A stretch of DNA of 64,000 bases, taken from contig JBNRSN020000021.1 of NCBI GenBank assembly GCA_051313645.2, positions 66,464,001 through 66,528,000 on the forward strand, in the 5' to 3' direction. This document shows positions 36,279-50,624 of the stretch, piece by piece; position 1 is the first letter of the stretch; the number at the start of each line of letters is the position of its first letter. Under the pieces are notes generated by a model. It saw only the letters and a program-made list of their open reading frames with translations, was not told where the DNA came from and ran no database searches. The position numbers and the translations under genes were made by a program. The stretch comes from Centroscyllium fabricii. Its lineage: Eukaryota.

Positions 36279-37051
36279 AATGCAGTGTAATTTCCGCTGG
36301 GGACTGGGTTCAGACTACCCAAAATTGATAGCATTTAGAACCATTCTAGCTAGCTGAGAGAGAAGAATTTCATTGCAGCAGTCTGGTCCGAATTTAAGCT
36401 AAAGTCTTAATAAGTCAAATGATGGTGTGGTAACCCACTGCATCATAAAATGCCCAGATAATTCTTTTGAGAGTCGTATAGGGAAGGGATGTGCTCTCAT
36501 TTGATGTCAAGCTGGATTAACTAGACAGCTTATGTGTGCAGCCTGATCTCTCATAATATGTTTCTGTCAAAACACAGTTGGTTATTTTTTGCATCTACAC
36601 TGAAGCATCTGACATTTCAATGGAGTGGGAAAGAAGAGGGAAAATTGGATGTGAAAAGGATCGGCATTAAATCATTTGTAAATGAAATACTGTAATATTT
36701 TGGTGTTACTGATCTAATACAAACAGGGTTAAGTGATTCCTGTATAAACTGAGAACCAGATTCTACTCAAACACGTTTGTTTAGTTATTTATAGCAAACG
36801 TTTTTCTAAGTGAAACTCGTGGGATAAAACTGATAATTTTTTTTCGAATGTGCTCAGCTTATTCTGCATGTCATCATCACAACCGAGTGGGAACAAGATG
36901 ACAGCAATTGGCTAAATGCGGCCGCCCCTGCTTGCTGACCTCTTCATGATGAGAAGTAAATAATATATTTTCTAATCAAATTTACTAAAGGTTCCTAGAC
37001 CTCCACTCAATCCAGCAAGGGCTGCAAGAAATGGATTTATTTGTACGATAG

Positions 37052-39030
37052 CAAAATACTGCAGATGCTGGAAATCTGAAATAACAACAGAAAATGCTGG
37101 AAAAACTCAGCAGGCCAGGCAACATTTATGGAGAGAAATATAGAGTCGATGTTTCAGGTTAGGACCCTTTGTCAAGACTAAAGCTGGGGAATGAAACAAG
37201 CAGGAAGGCGGGGGGAGGTGAAAGGGAAGAGCACAAAGAGAAAAGACTTTGAGAGGTATTCAAAATGAGGTGAGATGCTGTGGACAGGAGACAGCTGCAG
37301 ATTAGGTGTAAAAAAACCTCTGGCAGAATGGGAGGTGGCTGCCACAATGGAGAAAAGAAAGGACAAATAAAAGGTGTGGATAGAAAGAGGTAAAAATATA
37401 ATGGGGGCCGAAGTTAAGATCTGAAATTGTTGAACTCGATATTGAGTCCGGAGGGCTGTAAAGTGCCTAATCGGAAGATGAGGTGTTGCTCCTCGAGTTG
37501 ATGTTGATTTAATTATTTTCCCTTCGCCCGGCACCTTTCCGTGCAATCGCAGGAGATGCAACACCTGCCCTTATATCTCCCCCCTTTCCACTGTCCAGGG
37601 CCCCCAAACACCCCTTCCAGGTCAAACAGCGATTTACTTGTACTTCTTGCAATCTAGTATACTGTATTCGCTGCTCACGATGCAGTCTCCTCTACATTGG
37701 GGAGACCAAACGCAGTTTGGGTGACCGCTTTGCGGAACACCTCCGTTCAGTCCGCAAGGGGGACCCCGAGCTTCCGGTCGCCTGTCACTTTAATTCTCTG
37801 CTTCACTCCCACTCTGATCTCTCTGTCCTTGGCCTATTACATTGTTCCACAGAAGCTCAGCGTCAACTCGAGGAACAACACCTCATCTTACGATTAGGCA
37901 CTTTACAGCCCTCCGGACTCAATATCGAGTTCAACAATTTCAGATCATAACTTTGGCCCCCATTATATTTTTACCTCTTTTTATCCACACCTTTTATTTG
38001 GCCTTTCTTTTCTCTATCGTGGCAGCCACCTCCTGTTCTGCCAGAGTTTTTCACACCTAATCTACAGCTGTATCCTGTCCACAGCATCTCGTCTCATTTT
38101 GAATACCTCTCAAAGTCTTTCATCTTTGTGCTCTCTTCTCTTTTTTTCCCTCCCACCTCCCCCCGCCTTCCTGCTTGTTTCATTCCCCAGCTTTAGTCTT
38201 GACAAAGGGTCCCAACCCGAAACTTCGACTCTGTGGGGGGGGGGGGGGGGGGGGGGGGGGGTGCAATCCGGCGGGGCGGGTCGGGGCCTAAAATCACAAC
38301 CGGGTGGTCGTGACCCCTCTGCCGGATCGCCGCCGGCTTGTCAGTTTCGAGCGGCGTGTCCCGCCATCCCAAAACTTTCCCGCCCGCCGCTGGTGGGGAT
38401 GCTAGTTGAAGTAGTTGATGGCCCTTAATTGGTCTGCATAATGCCATTTTAAGGGCCCTCACCTATTTTTGACTCCTTCCCACACAAACCCCGCCATCCT
38501 GAAACCGCGCTCGTGAAACCCAGCAGGAGCACAGTGGTCTTGGTAACTTTCTCCTTCAAGGTATTGAAGGGCCTAGAGCAGAATGCTTTCCAGGCCTTCA
38601 ACACCCTGGATGTGTAAGTGACTCCCTTGGGTGAAGACCAGCTGTGTGAAAAAAACTTTAAAATCTTACCTGACAGCTCCATTGACAGACAGTCCCTAGC
38701 TGTCAAAGATTTGCAACCCGCTTGTCCACCTGTCACTCAAAGCACTTGGCCATTCTGATTGGCTGCATTCCACTGTGATGTCACAATGGAGTGTCACCAT
38801 GGAAACTGTCAACACCCAGTCCCTGCAAATGCCTGTCAAGCTGCTCGGTCCCGCTGGAGCTCCCTAATTGCCCACTGGATTGAGTCAATTACCGAGATTT
38901 TAATTGATTAATTTTTGGAAAATAGCGTCCGGTTTCCAGGCCCTTGGGCGGGACAGGAACCCGCCCCGACCAATCCACCGATGTTGCCTGGCCTGCTGAG
39001 TTTTTCCAGCATTTTCTGTTGTTATTTTGG
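37052..39030 (+). mobile_element. Penelope-like element: GIY-YIG fragment, 3' UTR and inverted 5' duplication, interrupted by a MITE
   Basis: NLVYCIRCSRCSLLYIGETKRSLGDRFAEH...GLNIEF (37520-37950); 37142-37500 is an inverted copy of 37865-38230; tail resumes near 38975. Confidence 0.88.
38250..38972. mobile_element. GC-rich non-autonomous DNA transposon (Harbinger-like)
   Basis: Interrupts the Penelope 3' UTR; inverted subterminal motif CGGGGCGGGT / ACCCGCCCCG; exact TIRs obscured by a poly-G run. Confidence 0.55.
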
Positions 39031-40169
39031 ATGTATTTGTATGTTGGGTGAGAGCAGCTTTGGAATTGGCCGCAAAGGCCTCCCAACCAAATATTTGAAG
39101 AGTCCACTGATCTTCCCTTTTCCGATTCACACATGAGGAATGGCCAGTTGGGCTGGTACTGAAGGACTGCTGGCATTCATGGAACTGCAATCAGCCCGAG
39201 TCACCAGAGAGAGAGGTAAGTGAAATAAACTAGCAGAAGGAAGTTTCAGGAATATAAATGAATTGTGGAATGTTTGTATTCATTTAATTTGCTCGCATCA
39301 GATTGTGCTTAAGGCGTTTGCAACATCTGGCTCCGTTGCATTAAAATAATGTAAAGCGTGCGCTGTGAACTATAAGTAAAAGGTGGATTACCTGACTGCA
39401 TTAATAAGATCATAAAATACCAGTGCAATTGGGGCTGTTATGTGTTAAGATCAGGGGGAATCTGTTTTAATGGGAAAACCAGTTCTTATTCAATTTCAGA
39501 TGGTACCTGTATGTTAGTTAGGGTCAATGATCAATACAATAAGTCGAAGCTTTCCCCCAGGGGCTTTACTCAACCAGTAAAGTTGCGTTCCGTGTACCTT
39601 GTGTACCTTCCATTTTACTTTGCTAACATCCCCAGTAAGCCTTGCCCTAAGGCATAGCCGCGAGGCAGACCACACAGAACTCACAGTGAGCAGCGGGGCC
39701 TGTCAATCAGTTGTAGGAACCAGGTGAAGATTCATACATACCCTCAGCACCGCAGTCGGCTTGGATGTGTCCATTCCGTGTTTTGCGGATCCGGCCATTG
39801 TTCATTGGATTTCTTGGACGGTAAGCAAATCATTTTTTTTTTGCCTTGGGTCTGAAGTTGTACAATTTTATTAATGGGGCCATCAGACGTCCAGAGACGG
39901 ATAGGAGAGAATGAAAATCATTACACACGCAGTAAAGGCAATGTAACCATGGAAATGATGGCTATAATTATAAAGACATAAGACTTACAAACCAGAATGG
40001 GAAGCCAATGCGAAAATTAAAACTCGGATAGCAAGCCGCATTTACCGAGCGCATGGCCCCCTGTGTTCCGCATGCAGTGACCGTCTTTATGCGGGTTATA
40101 GAGAAGTAAACGCCAAATAAATCGGAAGCGTGGAGATAATTTGTAATCCTGGGTGGATTCAAATAAGTC

Positions 40170-40383
40170 AATCAATTCCTTCAATTCAATTCAAGTTTTA
40201 TTGTCATTGCAGAGTACTAGTACAATACAACGAGACAAGACTCGACTCTCCCAAGAGTAGTGCAAATAAAAATAAATAAATTACATGCAAAATGCATACA
40301 GTAGAGTACATTATCAGGCGTACAGGTACCGGAGTTTCTTTTTAGAGTTCAGGAGGCTGACAGCCCTGGGGAAGAAGCTGAAT
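40170..40383 (-). mobile_element. Rex1-like 3' end fragment
   Basis: Minus strand SFFPRAVSLLN, then GCAATGACAATAAA and (TTGAA)n, as in the 3' end of 32518-36156. Confidence 0.75.
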
Positions 40384-40494
40384 CACTTCATAAAACAAAA
40401 GAGAAACACACACAGCAGCTCTGAAGCAAGTGGAATAATGTTCGGGAATTAGGAGGAGAAATCCAAACGTGAATCCTAAAATAAAAGACAGGCA

Positions 40495-41035
40495 TCAGCA
40501 TACACACAGGCTGACTGATATGTTAGAACACCTTTGATTGCTTTGATGTCTCTCAGCTGAGGTGTGATGTGGGACAGTTGGAGAGACCACATTGTTCTCT
40601 CTATATATATATATGCTATGTTTAAATGTGATGTGAAACAACTGGAGAGACCATATTGTTATCTCTCTATATATATATGCTATGTTTAAATGAAACACTT
40701 AAAATATGTTAATAAGCCTTTGTGTGTATAGCTCTACTGAGATGAGATGTGGGAGATATCAGATTTCTCTCTTCATCACACATGTGCGTTCTTTAAGTCA
40801 GTCTCTCTTTCACCTGACGAAGGGGCAGAAGCTCCGAAAGCTTGTGATTTAAAATAAAACTGTTGGACTATAACCTGGTGTGTGACTTCTTGCATTTGTC
40901 CACCCCAGTCCAACACCGGCACCTCCACATAAATGAATCTCGTCACTTGACCTGAGGAAGGAGCAGCGCTCCAAAAGCTTGTGATTTCAAATAAAACTGT
41001 TGGACTATAACCTGGTGTTGTGTGACTCCTTACAA
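40495..41035 (+). mobile_element. Two tandem Penelope-like 3' ends with hammerhead motifs at 40810-40847 (intact core) and 40948-40984 (GAAA changed to AAAA)
   Basis: Same sequence family as 15354-15988. Confidence 0.85.
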
Positions 41036-41815
41036 TCATACACACATCAGCAGGGACCGTTGATTGAATTGCAGCATCCTACTCTCTCTGAAGCATATTA
41101 TTTTACGCGTTGCTGTATAACACTTGTTCACTCTTTAATCCCCCTCCCGTGGATTTGTTTTTAATATTCTACAATAAGCAACTGAATAACCTTGTGATCG
41201 GATCTGCTTTCACCTCCCCCTTTGCCATCCCAGCAGCTGTCGGCTCACCATAACTGGAATTCCGAGAAGTCACGAAAACGAGTTCACTCGTCACAAAATC
41301 CGGCAGTCCTTCCATCTTTCAGCCTTTGCACGTGGCTTACATCCGCCCACCTTCCTTGTCGTTTGGGAAGTGAAGAGCGTGGCCGTTAGAAGATGCATAA
41401 AGTATTTTTTTTAATCAGTTATGATACGGGTATTGCTGAGCATCTGAACACACACTGTATCCAACGATTGTGGGACATGAACATCTAATAATATACCTAG
41501 TGCCCGGCTAGTATTCGAGCTGTGAATTGTATTCACATAATGATTGAACTTGGATAACTTATTAAACTACCGATACTCCTGACAAGCCGATATCTCTAGC
41601 CCGATGTGCAACCCGTAACCCGGAGTTATACTGCTGGTTTCACTTGCCATTGAAGTTAGAAATCTCATATTTGAATGCATGTATATTCCCTGGACCGTTG
41701 TTTTTTTTAACACAGTGAGACGCACGTTAAGGTAGCATGGACACCGACCATAGTGTGGGTGCAAAACAGCTTTGCCTCCCTGGAGGATGGAATCTTACTC
41801 AGGTCAAGTTATGAA

Positions 41816-42189
41816 ATCATAGAACATAGAAGCAGGAGTAGGCCATTCGGCCCTTCGAGCCTGCTCCACCATTCAATGAGATCATGGCTGATCATCTAAA
41901 CCCAGTACCCCGCCCCTGCCCTCTCCCCATATCCCTATCGAGCCTGCACGGACACATATCCCACCCTATCCCCGTAACCCCACATATTCAATCCCCCTAA
42001 CATTAAGGGTCAATTTATCCTGGCCAATCAACCTAACCCGCACATCTTTGGACTGTGGGAGGAAACCGGAGCACCCGGAGGAAACCCACGCAGACACGGG
42101 GAGAATGTGCAAACTCCACACAGTCACCCGAGGCTGGATTTGAACCCGGGTCTCCAGAGCTGTGAGGCAACAGGGCTACCGCGCCGCCC
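41816..42189 (-). mobile_element. HE1-like V-SINE
   Basis: Same V core and CR1 tail. Confidence 0.9.
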
Positions 42190-45096
42190 ATCAAACCAGT
42201 TGTAGCCTAAAAGCAATCCATGCCAAAGTTAGGAAGTTCCCAGAAGATCCAACCGACTGTAAGGACATTTTTTTAAACGTGCCCGAAGTTATTCCACCCT
42301 CTGGACAAAGGCCGAGCGCGCGGGACTATCTACTAAACATGATCTCACACTATCTGGCTTCGGTGCACTTGGGAATGAGATTGGGAGCAGGCTCGCCAGT
42401 TATACGGCCATCCTCGTCTCCATGCTTAGGGGAAACTGCTTGGCGTCGCACTAATGCGAGTATAACGGCAGACATAGAGCGCAACATCACAACATTATTC
42501 GCCGTTTTCCATAATTCCATGTTTATTATACGAGACAGTGAGGAACGTTTATACGTAAAAAAAAAAGGTCATGCTTGGATCTGAATTATTTTAAAGCAGA
42601 ATTTTATCGAGAATGGGGATCGCTTGCTTGGGAAACGTTTCGATTGTTCGTATTGTGCTGGGGTGCATTTAGTTACGTGCGCATCGGTTTGATTTTATGT
42701 GTTTAATTATATGTATATTTACGATAACATTAAAAAACCTGTTTGTCAATTTCTGTCCACGTTGACTGTGTGTATCAAACGATATATGTGCAAGTATTGA
42801 AGAGTTGAGTAATGCTGCGTCCTGATGTGTTTCCAGCTTATGCTCCAGATACACCGCTAATTGATCGACTTCAATCAAATGCAACATCGTTCGCTTTCAT
42901 CTTTATTGCTGCAATACCCTTCTTCCTGCGTCTCAGTTAATTGTGTAGTTTTATCAGCTATAATTATTTTCCTTTAATGTCCCTGCAGTTATTATTCCAT
43001 TCTTTTAACATGTTATTGCAGCGATTTTAAACAATAAATACAATAAATAATATAAATAAATACAAAGCCCCAATCAATTAAAATCAGTAACATTCGCGTA
43101 TAAATGATGCAACCTTGCGATTACTTACTGGTATTGCTGATCCTTGCAGACGGTTTTAAACATTTCAAGGTAATAAATAACAATTTTAATATTAACCAGC
43201 AAGCAATCCCTTTTCCATTTTTAGAATTACCGCGCTACACGCCACTTCTCAAATAACCGCAATCAAATAGCGGTGATAAACATCACAAAGATAAAGGTGA
43301 GCATTATTCGTTTACTTCCGGAGTGTGATGGCGCAATGTTCGATTTCCACCCCAGACCCGCCAGCGACACAAACAGACACTCGCGGCTTTCAGGTATCCG
43401 AACGCGACCTGGTTTCGGCAGAAACATTCGTTTGAAAAAAGAAAGTCTGGCCCTCTATTTCTCCAGTTCCACCTTTAGTTCGTAATTGTCAGTAGTTATT
43501 TGTGTCTGATTACGCTCTTGTGAAGCGCCTTTGGGCCATTTTGCTCGGCTAGGGGCTCTATATAAATTCAAGTCATTGTTATGCTGGAGTTTTTGAGGGA
43601 GGCGGAATTATTAGATACTGTGATCGCGGCGGCTCACAGCAAAGCCCAGTGTGCAGAAAACTTGACATTTCAATCCTTTTTCATTGGATTTGACATCAAT
43701 ACTTGAACTGTACTCCATTGGAATTCATAAATTGGCGTCTTGGGCAGAAACTAAACAGTATTTATATGTATGAAATATTACTGTTTAAAATTGAGGACAC
43801 AGCGAACAGAGGCGGTGATATTACCCCCTCCCTCCCGCCGCAAGAAGAGATGTCTGTAAACAGCGAGACATGGCGAGTTTTGTAAGTAAATTCAAGATGT
43901 TGCAATAATAGCAAACAAGAGTAGGCTCCTGTACTGGGGCATAGGGACCACGCGGAGTTGCTTAAAACAACTGCAATAGATTCGTTAGTTCAGAACAGAT
44001 TTCATGTTTATAGCATTTGTGTGTTCAACGTACTCTGTAACCGTTTTTTAGAAAAGAAACAATGATTGTGCGGTGATATTTAATGAACTAAATATGCATT
44101 AAATACGAGGTATTTCCAGGTTTAGTTGTTGTAGAAGGTCGGTTGTGGGTTAAGCTCGACGACCACAAGATATCGGCGTTCTTGACCATTTTGCGGCAGA
44201 TTTTATACATGAAATTACTGGAATCAATAAGAACGGGTTGTGCAGGTGCAGCTGTGCAGAATACTTATGGTTCCGTACAGAGGGGGCAACTAATCTCCAC
44301 AATACACGGCGTCTTAGATACTTTGCAAAATCAGCATTATCGGGTGATCATTTTGTGAATTATTGGTTTTTTTTTATCACGTCTTTTAGAAAAATGTGGG
44401 TGCCGTTAAAGTCCTCCGGTAACGGGAACTAATCCTGATGGAGTGGGGAGAGGAAAGGCAAACATTATTTTTTTTAAACAAATATTTCAGCATACCTGAT
44501 AAAGTACAAATAAATATAAGCTATACGATGAATCAAATCAACGATGCCCATATTTATAAAGTGATTACAGTACAACAAAGATCAAATAGAAATTCAGAAT
44601 ACTATTTTCAGACAAATTATTATGTCAAACATTATATGAATTTAGTGGCGGCTGTAAACTATCCCCACCCGTTGGACCTCTCTGGGATGGTCATTTGAGT
44701 TTGTATAGAATTTATTCCAACCCAGCCAGCGTGGTATCGCCGGCGGGAGGCCCCTGATGGTTCTTACCTCCTCCACTCTGCCCTCCCCTTCCTCTGTCAG
44801 TTTCGGAATGAATCCGGTTAAATATTCAATCACAAATTGTTGCGTGATTCGGTTCACCCCATTAAGTAAACGCAAATTAAAAATTCGCTGCTGTGATTTA
44901 GCAGATTTGAAAATAAATGCAACTAACTAGGAATAAAATATCTAGCGCAAGTCCCAACTGTGGCCTCAGTGTCTAGAAATAAACTTTTTACAAAGTCCAG
45001 CTGATTGTAAACTATTCCCAAAATTTTATTTGGGCTAGTAAGCACGGGTGAGCCAACAAAAAAACCACAAGGAAATAAACAACTTTAATTTGAACA

Positions 45097-45281
45097 ATTG
45101 TAAGAAGTCACACAACACCAGGTTATAGTCCAACAGTTTTATTTGAAATCACAAGCTTTCGGAGCGCTGCTCCTTCATCAGATGAAGTGATTTCAAATAA
45201 AACTGTTGGACTATAACCTGGTGTTGTGTGACTCCTTACAATTGTCCACCCCAGTCCAACACTGGCACCTCCGCATCATGG
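45097..45281 (+). mobile_element. Short Penelope end with inverted duplication; hammerhead motif at 45149-45185 (minus)
   Basis: 12-bp TSD TTAATTTGAACA; UCAU CUGAUGA A GGAGC-AGC-GCUCC GAAA GCU U GUGA. Confidence 0.82.
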
Positions 45282-48200
45282 TTAATTTGAACACAAGCAG
45301 ATATTCCCCAGGGGCCACTTTGAGTTGGGTCGTGTTAAAGGTACTTGTACCCCTTAACTTGCCCTCCACCGCGAACTTTGGCAGGTTTTGTTTCGTCTTT
45401 TGTGCTTCTGGCCACAGTTCTGGGCGCCCCCAGCGCAATGCAGAAAGTGCACCTCTTTGCTAGCCCGACGCGTCCATCGTGACTCAGGTCCACATTTAAA
45501 GCTGGAACCCAGCAGAAGGCACACATCTGCACGTCCACTGTCTGCAATTATTTCCAGTAAGTTCCAAAAAACATGTTTTACCAGTAGTTGTTTGGCCGAA
45601 GTCCTCACATCTAACCCAGTCTAAATACACAGCCCAGATACTCCGTGGTTATAAACACTGGACGTTGTCAACACTGCTTCAATTCAGATGTAATAATGTT
45701 CACCAATGTTTATAAACCACTCCTTGTCCTCTGTAATTGACACCAAGGAGTTTTAGCGATAATAATTTTAGGGAAAAAATTGTAAAAAGTATAAAAGGTG
45801 AAAAAATAGCAACGCGCGCAGTTTACTAAATGAAGGGACACAAGTGATCTCCTGTTTTTGCCGTCTCCCAGGCCACAAAGTCAATACAATCATAGCACTG
45901 ATCTCACAAGGGCCTGTAAATAAAGAAAGTCACACGGGGCAGGCCGTCACATTTAAACAATAATAATTTAGTAAATATTATTTAATGGGCGGGATGTATT
46001 CACAATCACGAACTCAATGAAAAACAGTTAATTAACATTGAACTAGTCTCTTTGTGAAACATTTACCTCGATGTTCCGTTCAAAGTATATACATAAATAT
46101 AGCAGTGAAATGAATCTACGCCTCCAAACGACAGTTGAAATGGGGCAACGTTTAAAATGTAAAAAGTCTTTGTTTGGAATCACGGCACAATAACTTCGAG
46201 CAAATATCATGACTGACTTTTACAATAACAATCTCAATCAAAGGAGTCAAACTACGATACTATTATAAATTCATAATTTATAGGGCACTTGGGGAAACCA
46301 CTCGATCTTGTCAACACAAAGACGATCTCAACGCACATTGAGAAGCTGGCTGCTCTGTCCTTGGGTCAACCTGTCCTTATGCACAGTTCCAAGAATGTGC
46401 CAGAATCTGCCAGAAACACACGTTGCATAATCGATTTTTGAAAACCATTTTTTTGCCGTTGAAAATAAGCTTCAAAACCTAACTGAACGGCGTCATTCCG
46501 AACGACCGTGTCGCAGAGTCCACGGCAGCCAGTTTAACGCTTTAAAACATTTCTCCTCATGTTCTCTCTGAAAGCGAGATTGAATACATCAACCTGACTT
46601 TACAAGGGAGTCAGTCAGATTCGGGTAAAAAGGCCATGATAGTGACTTGAAACTGAAAGCGCCGACCTGTCGCTGCTCTTTGCAATGCAACCACGTGGAA
46701 AGGACCGCTTTAGGTCAACTGGAGAATTAGAGGACAACTTTTGTAAAAAAAAAGTGCACATAAATAAATAGAACGTAAAGCAAACGGGAAGATTACGAAG
46801 TTAAAAAGGGAAGAGACAGTTTACCGTAATTTTCGACGTCATTTATACATTTATGGGGAGGGAGGCGACAAGATAAGGATGTTCACTCACCCTGATGTGA
46901 AAGTTGAGATAAAGATCCTCTTCTGAAGGCCAGCACCGCTCGAACACAATTTTAACAGAAACAATTCAATCTGGCGCCGACTGCCAGTAATCCTTCACAG
47001 CTGGTTAGGAGTCTTACCCCCCTCCACCCCATCCGCCCCCCCGCCAGACTTAATTTCTTAAACGTTTTCCTTTTAATCCTGCAAACTGAAATTCAATCTC
47101 TAAAAAAAAATCAGGTGTCTGGCCGCGGGGCGCTTGAGATTTATGTCACTCCTCTCCCCTCCCCCCACACTTTCTTTTTACTTTGCTCACTTTAAGGTTT
47201 GAACCTACCGGTAATGATCCCGGTGTTACTTTACCTGCTTTCTAGATTAACGGATTCACAGAGGGTCTGTAAAGAGTCGCGGAAAATAACGGAGCAACTT
47301 TCCAGTTAAAGTTGGGTTGTGGATTCGGAGTTTTTGCACTGGCTATTTCTTATCCTGGCCTGCCTGAGTGTGGACAATGCACCACAGACTGTCCAATGCA
47401 CAGTCTAGTCAACGCCAAGCTTAGACATAAAATATAAAAACACCGCTTTCATTCAGACGCTTCTGTGTACATATCTACCCTGTATATTTCCTTCTACAAA
47501 TGATTACTCTACATAGGATCGGTAATTTCGTGGCTAATAATTCTCTGGTAAGTTTTGCTGTGAATCGAGTTTGTGAATCGACTCAGGAGGACCACTCGTG
47601 TTAATATATCCAATTATAGTAATATATTACATGCGCTATAGCAAACGTCACGCCAACCAACCCCCGATCTCTGCGTATTATAATGATTCCGCTAATAAAA
47701 AACACAGCGCTTCGACTAAAAGTTCTGTTACATTATTTTCTCGGCTTCAAGACTACTTAACAAAACCCAACAGGAGACAGATTTTACCGGGGGGAGGGGC
47801 GGGGTGATTTTTCTAATAAATTGCTTCGAGTGAACCGTTTAAATGCTGGACTTGACATAGGGTAAAACTTGACGTCGATGTATGAGCTGGAACAAATCAT
47901 TTCTCTGCACCAACACAACTCATAAACCGTATCATTTGAAAAAAATCACCGTTAAAACTGAATTGCGTGCGGCGTTTCGTTATTATTTACGACGCCGAGT
48001 TGTGAGCGGTTTGTGTTTTTATGTACTGTATTTTGGGCTTTGGTTACTATCATCTCCCAAACAATGAAACTCCATTGCATCCGAGTGCATTACTTTCCGA
48101 TCAGAGCCTCACTATAATTCCAATGTCTGCCAGTATTGTTGTCATCTCCCTGGACTAAAACAAAACCCCAAATGCGTGTTGTAATTCTTTCAGTGATTAT

Positions 48201-49436
48201 TTCCTTTTGCAATTCTTTCAGTGATCATTTCCTTCAGGTTTTTTTTGTGGGCATTTGCCGGTGGCCAAATGAATAACTGGTGGAGTTTTGAAAGCGTTAC
48301 ATTTTTTTTTTGTGATTGGATTTGCTGTTATTCGGTCACGGATATATCTTTACACACTTGCAAATTGATATCGTTTTCCAAAGCATGCGGCCGAAGAAAT
48401 ATTCTAAAGCTTTTTCCTGATAATAAGTGGTACAAAGTTACAACTGGCCGTGAAATTTATGAATTGAACACATGTCTAAAAATGCAATCGGTGCACATTG
48501 TTCAGCACGGTTAGAATAGAAACAGCTTGCTATCTATCTCACTGGTACTAAACTCCGCGGGCCTCACTTAACCAGAGCCAAGAGAAGTTGGGTCGCTATT
48601 ATTATGGACTGCACTTAACTTGCGGCCTGTTGTAAAACATTTTGTTCTGAGGGGATGGGGTGGAGAGAAATCAATTCATCCAGATAATTTTCTTTTTAAA
48701 TGTTTTCAGATTTTATTACAGCAATCTACACTGTACAACCCTGCTTCCGAAATGCCACCAGGAAGAGCAATCGGCCATCGTTTTTGACATTGACCGGAAG
48801 TGGAGAATAGCAAAGATAGTTCAGCTTTTAAAACATATATAGATAATATTTATACTCTCCGTTGGGGTTTAAAAAATCTATCCAGTTAAAAGCAATTCTA
48901 TGTAAAAACAGTCAATTTTTTATAGCATGCTATTTTTTTTAAATTCGAGTTATTTTCATTTTTGGGTGAAATAATCCCAGACTAGAGGTAGGTTTTCTTT
49001 ACTGTGTTAGGAATGGCGATAATTTATAACATTCCTTCATCTGAAGTACAGCAATAGACATGCAATTTTTTTTGTTTGTTTAAACATTGTTTTAAACTTT
49101 ATATTTATCAACGTATTGCAACATATAACAATAATAGAATTGATTTCTATATATACACAAATCCACTTTCAATTGTTCAGTATTAATAGTAAACTTAAGC
49201 TTAAAAAAACGTTCACGGATACCCGGACTACAGTACCCAACTGAATATTTAAAAAAAAACGCACTCAAGTTCTTGAAATTAAATATATTTTTTCTGAGAA
49301 TGGAACAGAATGGTGATTGAAATCCAGGAGAGTGGCAACCCGCACACGCCATTAAAATGTTGCAATAAAATCCTATTTTACTGGAGCTTTTTTTCCCCTC
49401 TGTGAGTCTGCATCAAATATCCAGTTATTTTGCATA

Positions 49437-50015
<579 letters not shown>

Positions 50016-50512
50016 TTAAAATGATCAATGTTGCACTCATAGATAATGCACGGGGCTGTCAGCGATGCAGAGCAACAAGGCGAAAGAAACTGGGTCTACT
50101 GATTAAAACAACCGAATTCGCAGAAACACATCACAAAGAGTTTGGCAGTTCATAAGTTTTTGGAAAAAATGCTTAAACTTAGAATGCAAACACCTTCACT
50201 GTATCCATTTAGATGATCCTTTTATGGACTTGTGTTGAAAAACGTGACTTGAGTATGGACACTCCGGAGGAAGAGATCGTATAACCGCATGAATATCAAA
50301 TGATATAAATGTTCAGAAGAAACCCGTCGATTTGAAAATGTTAAGAGATGTCAACAGAAGCCGACAGATTGTGATGTATTTTTGTGCAATTCGACATTCC
50401 ATTCAAACTACTGCTAAAATCTAAACTGCCCTTCGCTTGTATCTTGTTTCCATCTCTTAGGAGGTTTTCTTTTGAAAGGGTGGGATCTGCTGCCCGCGAT
50501 CTTTATGTTTAT

Positions 50513-50624
50513 GATGCGGAGGTGCCGGTGTTGGACTGGGGTGGACAATTGTAAGAAGTCACACACCAGCTTATAGTTATAAAACTGTTGGACTATAACC
50601 TGGTGTTGAGTGACTTCTTACAAT
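50513..50624 (-). mobile_element. Short Penelope end with inverted duplication in pitx1 intron 2
   Basis: GGAGGTGCCGGTGTTGGACTGGGGTGGAC followed by inverted TTGTAAGAAGTCAC / GTGACTTCTTACAA arms. Confidence 0.75.

Noticed and set aside
38235-38261. Poly-G run as a functional G-quadruplex
   Set aside because: Lies at a MITE junction and its length may be a sequencing artefact
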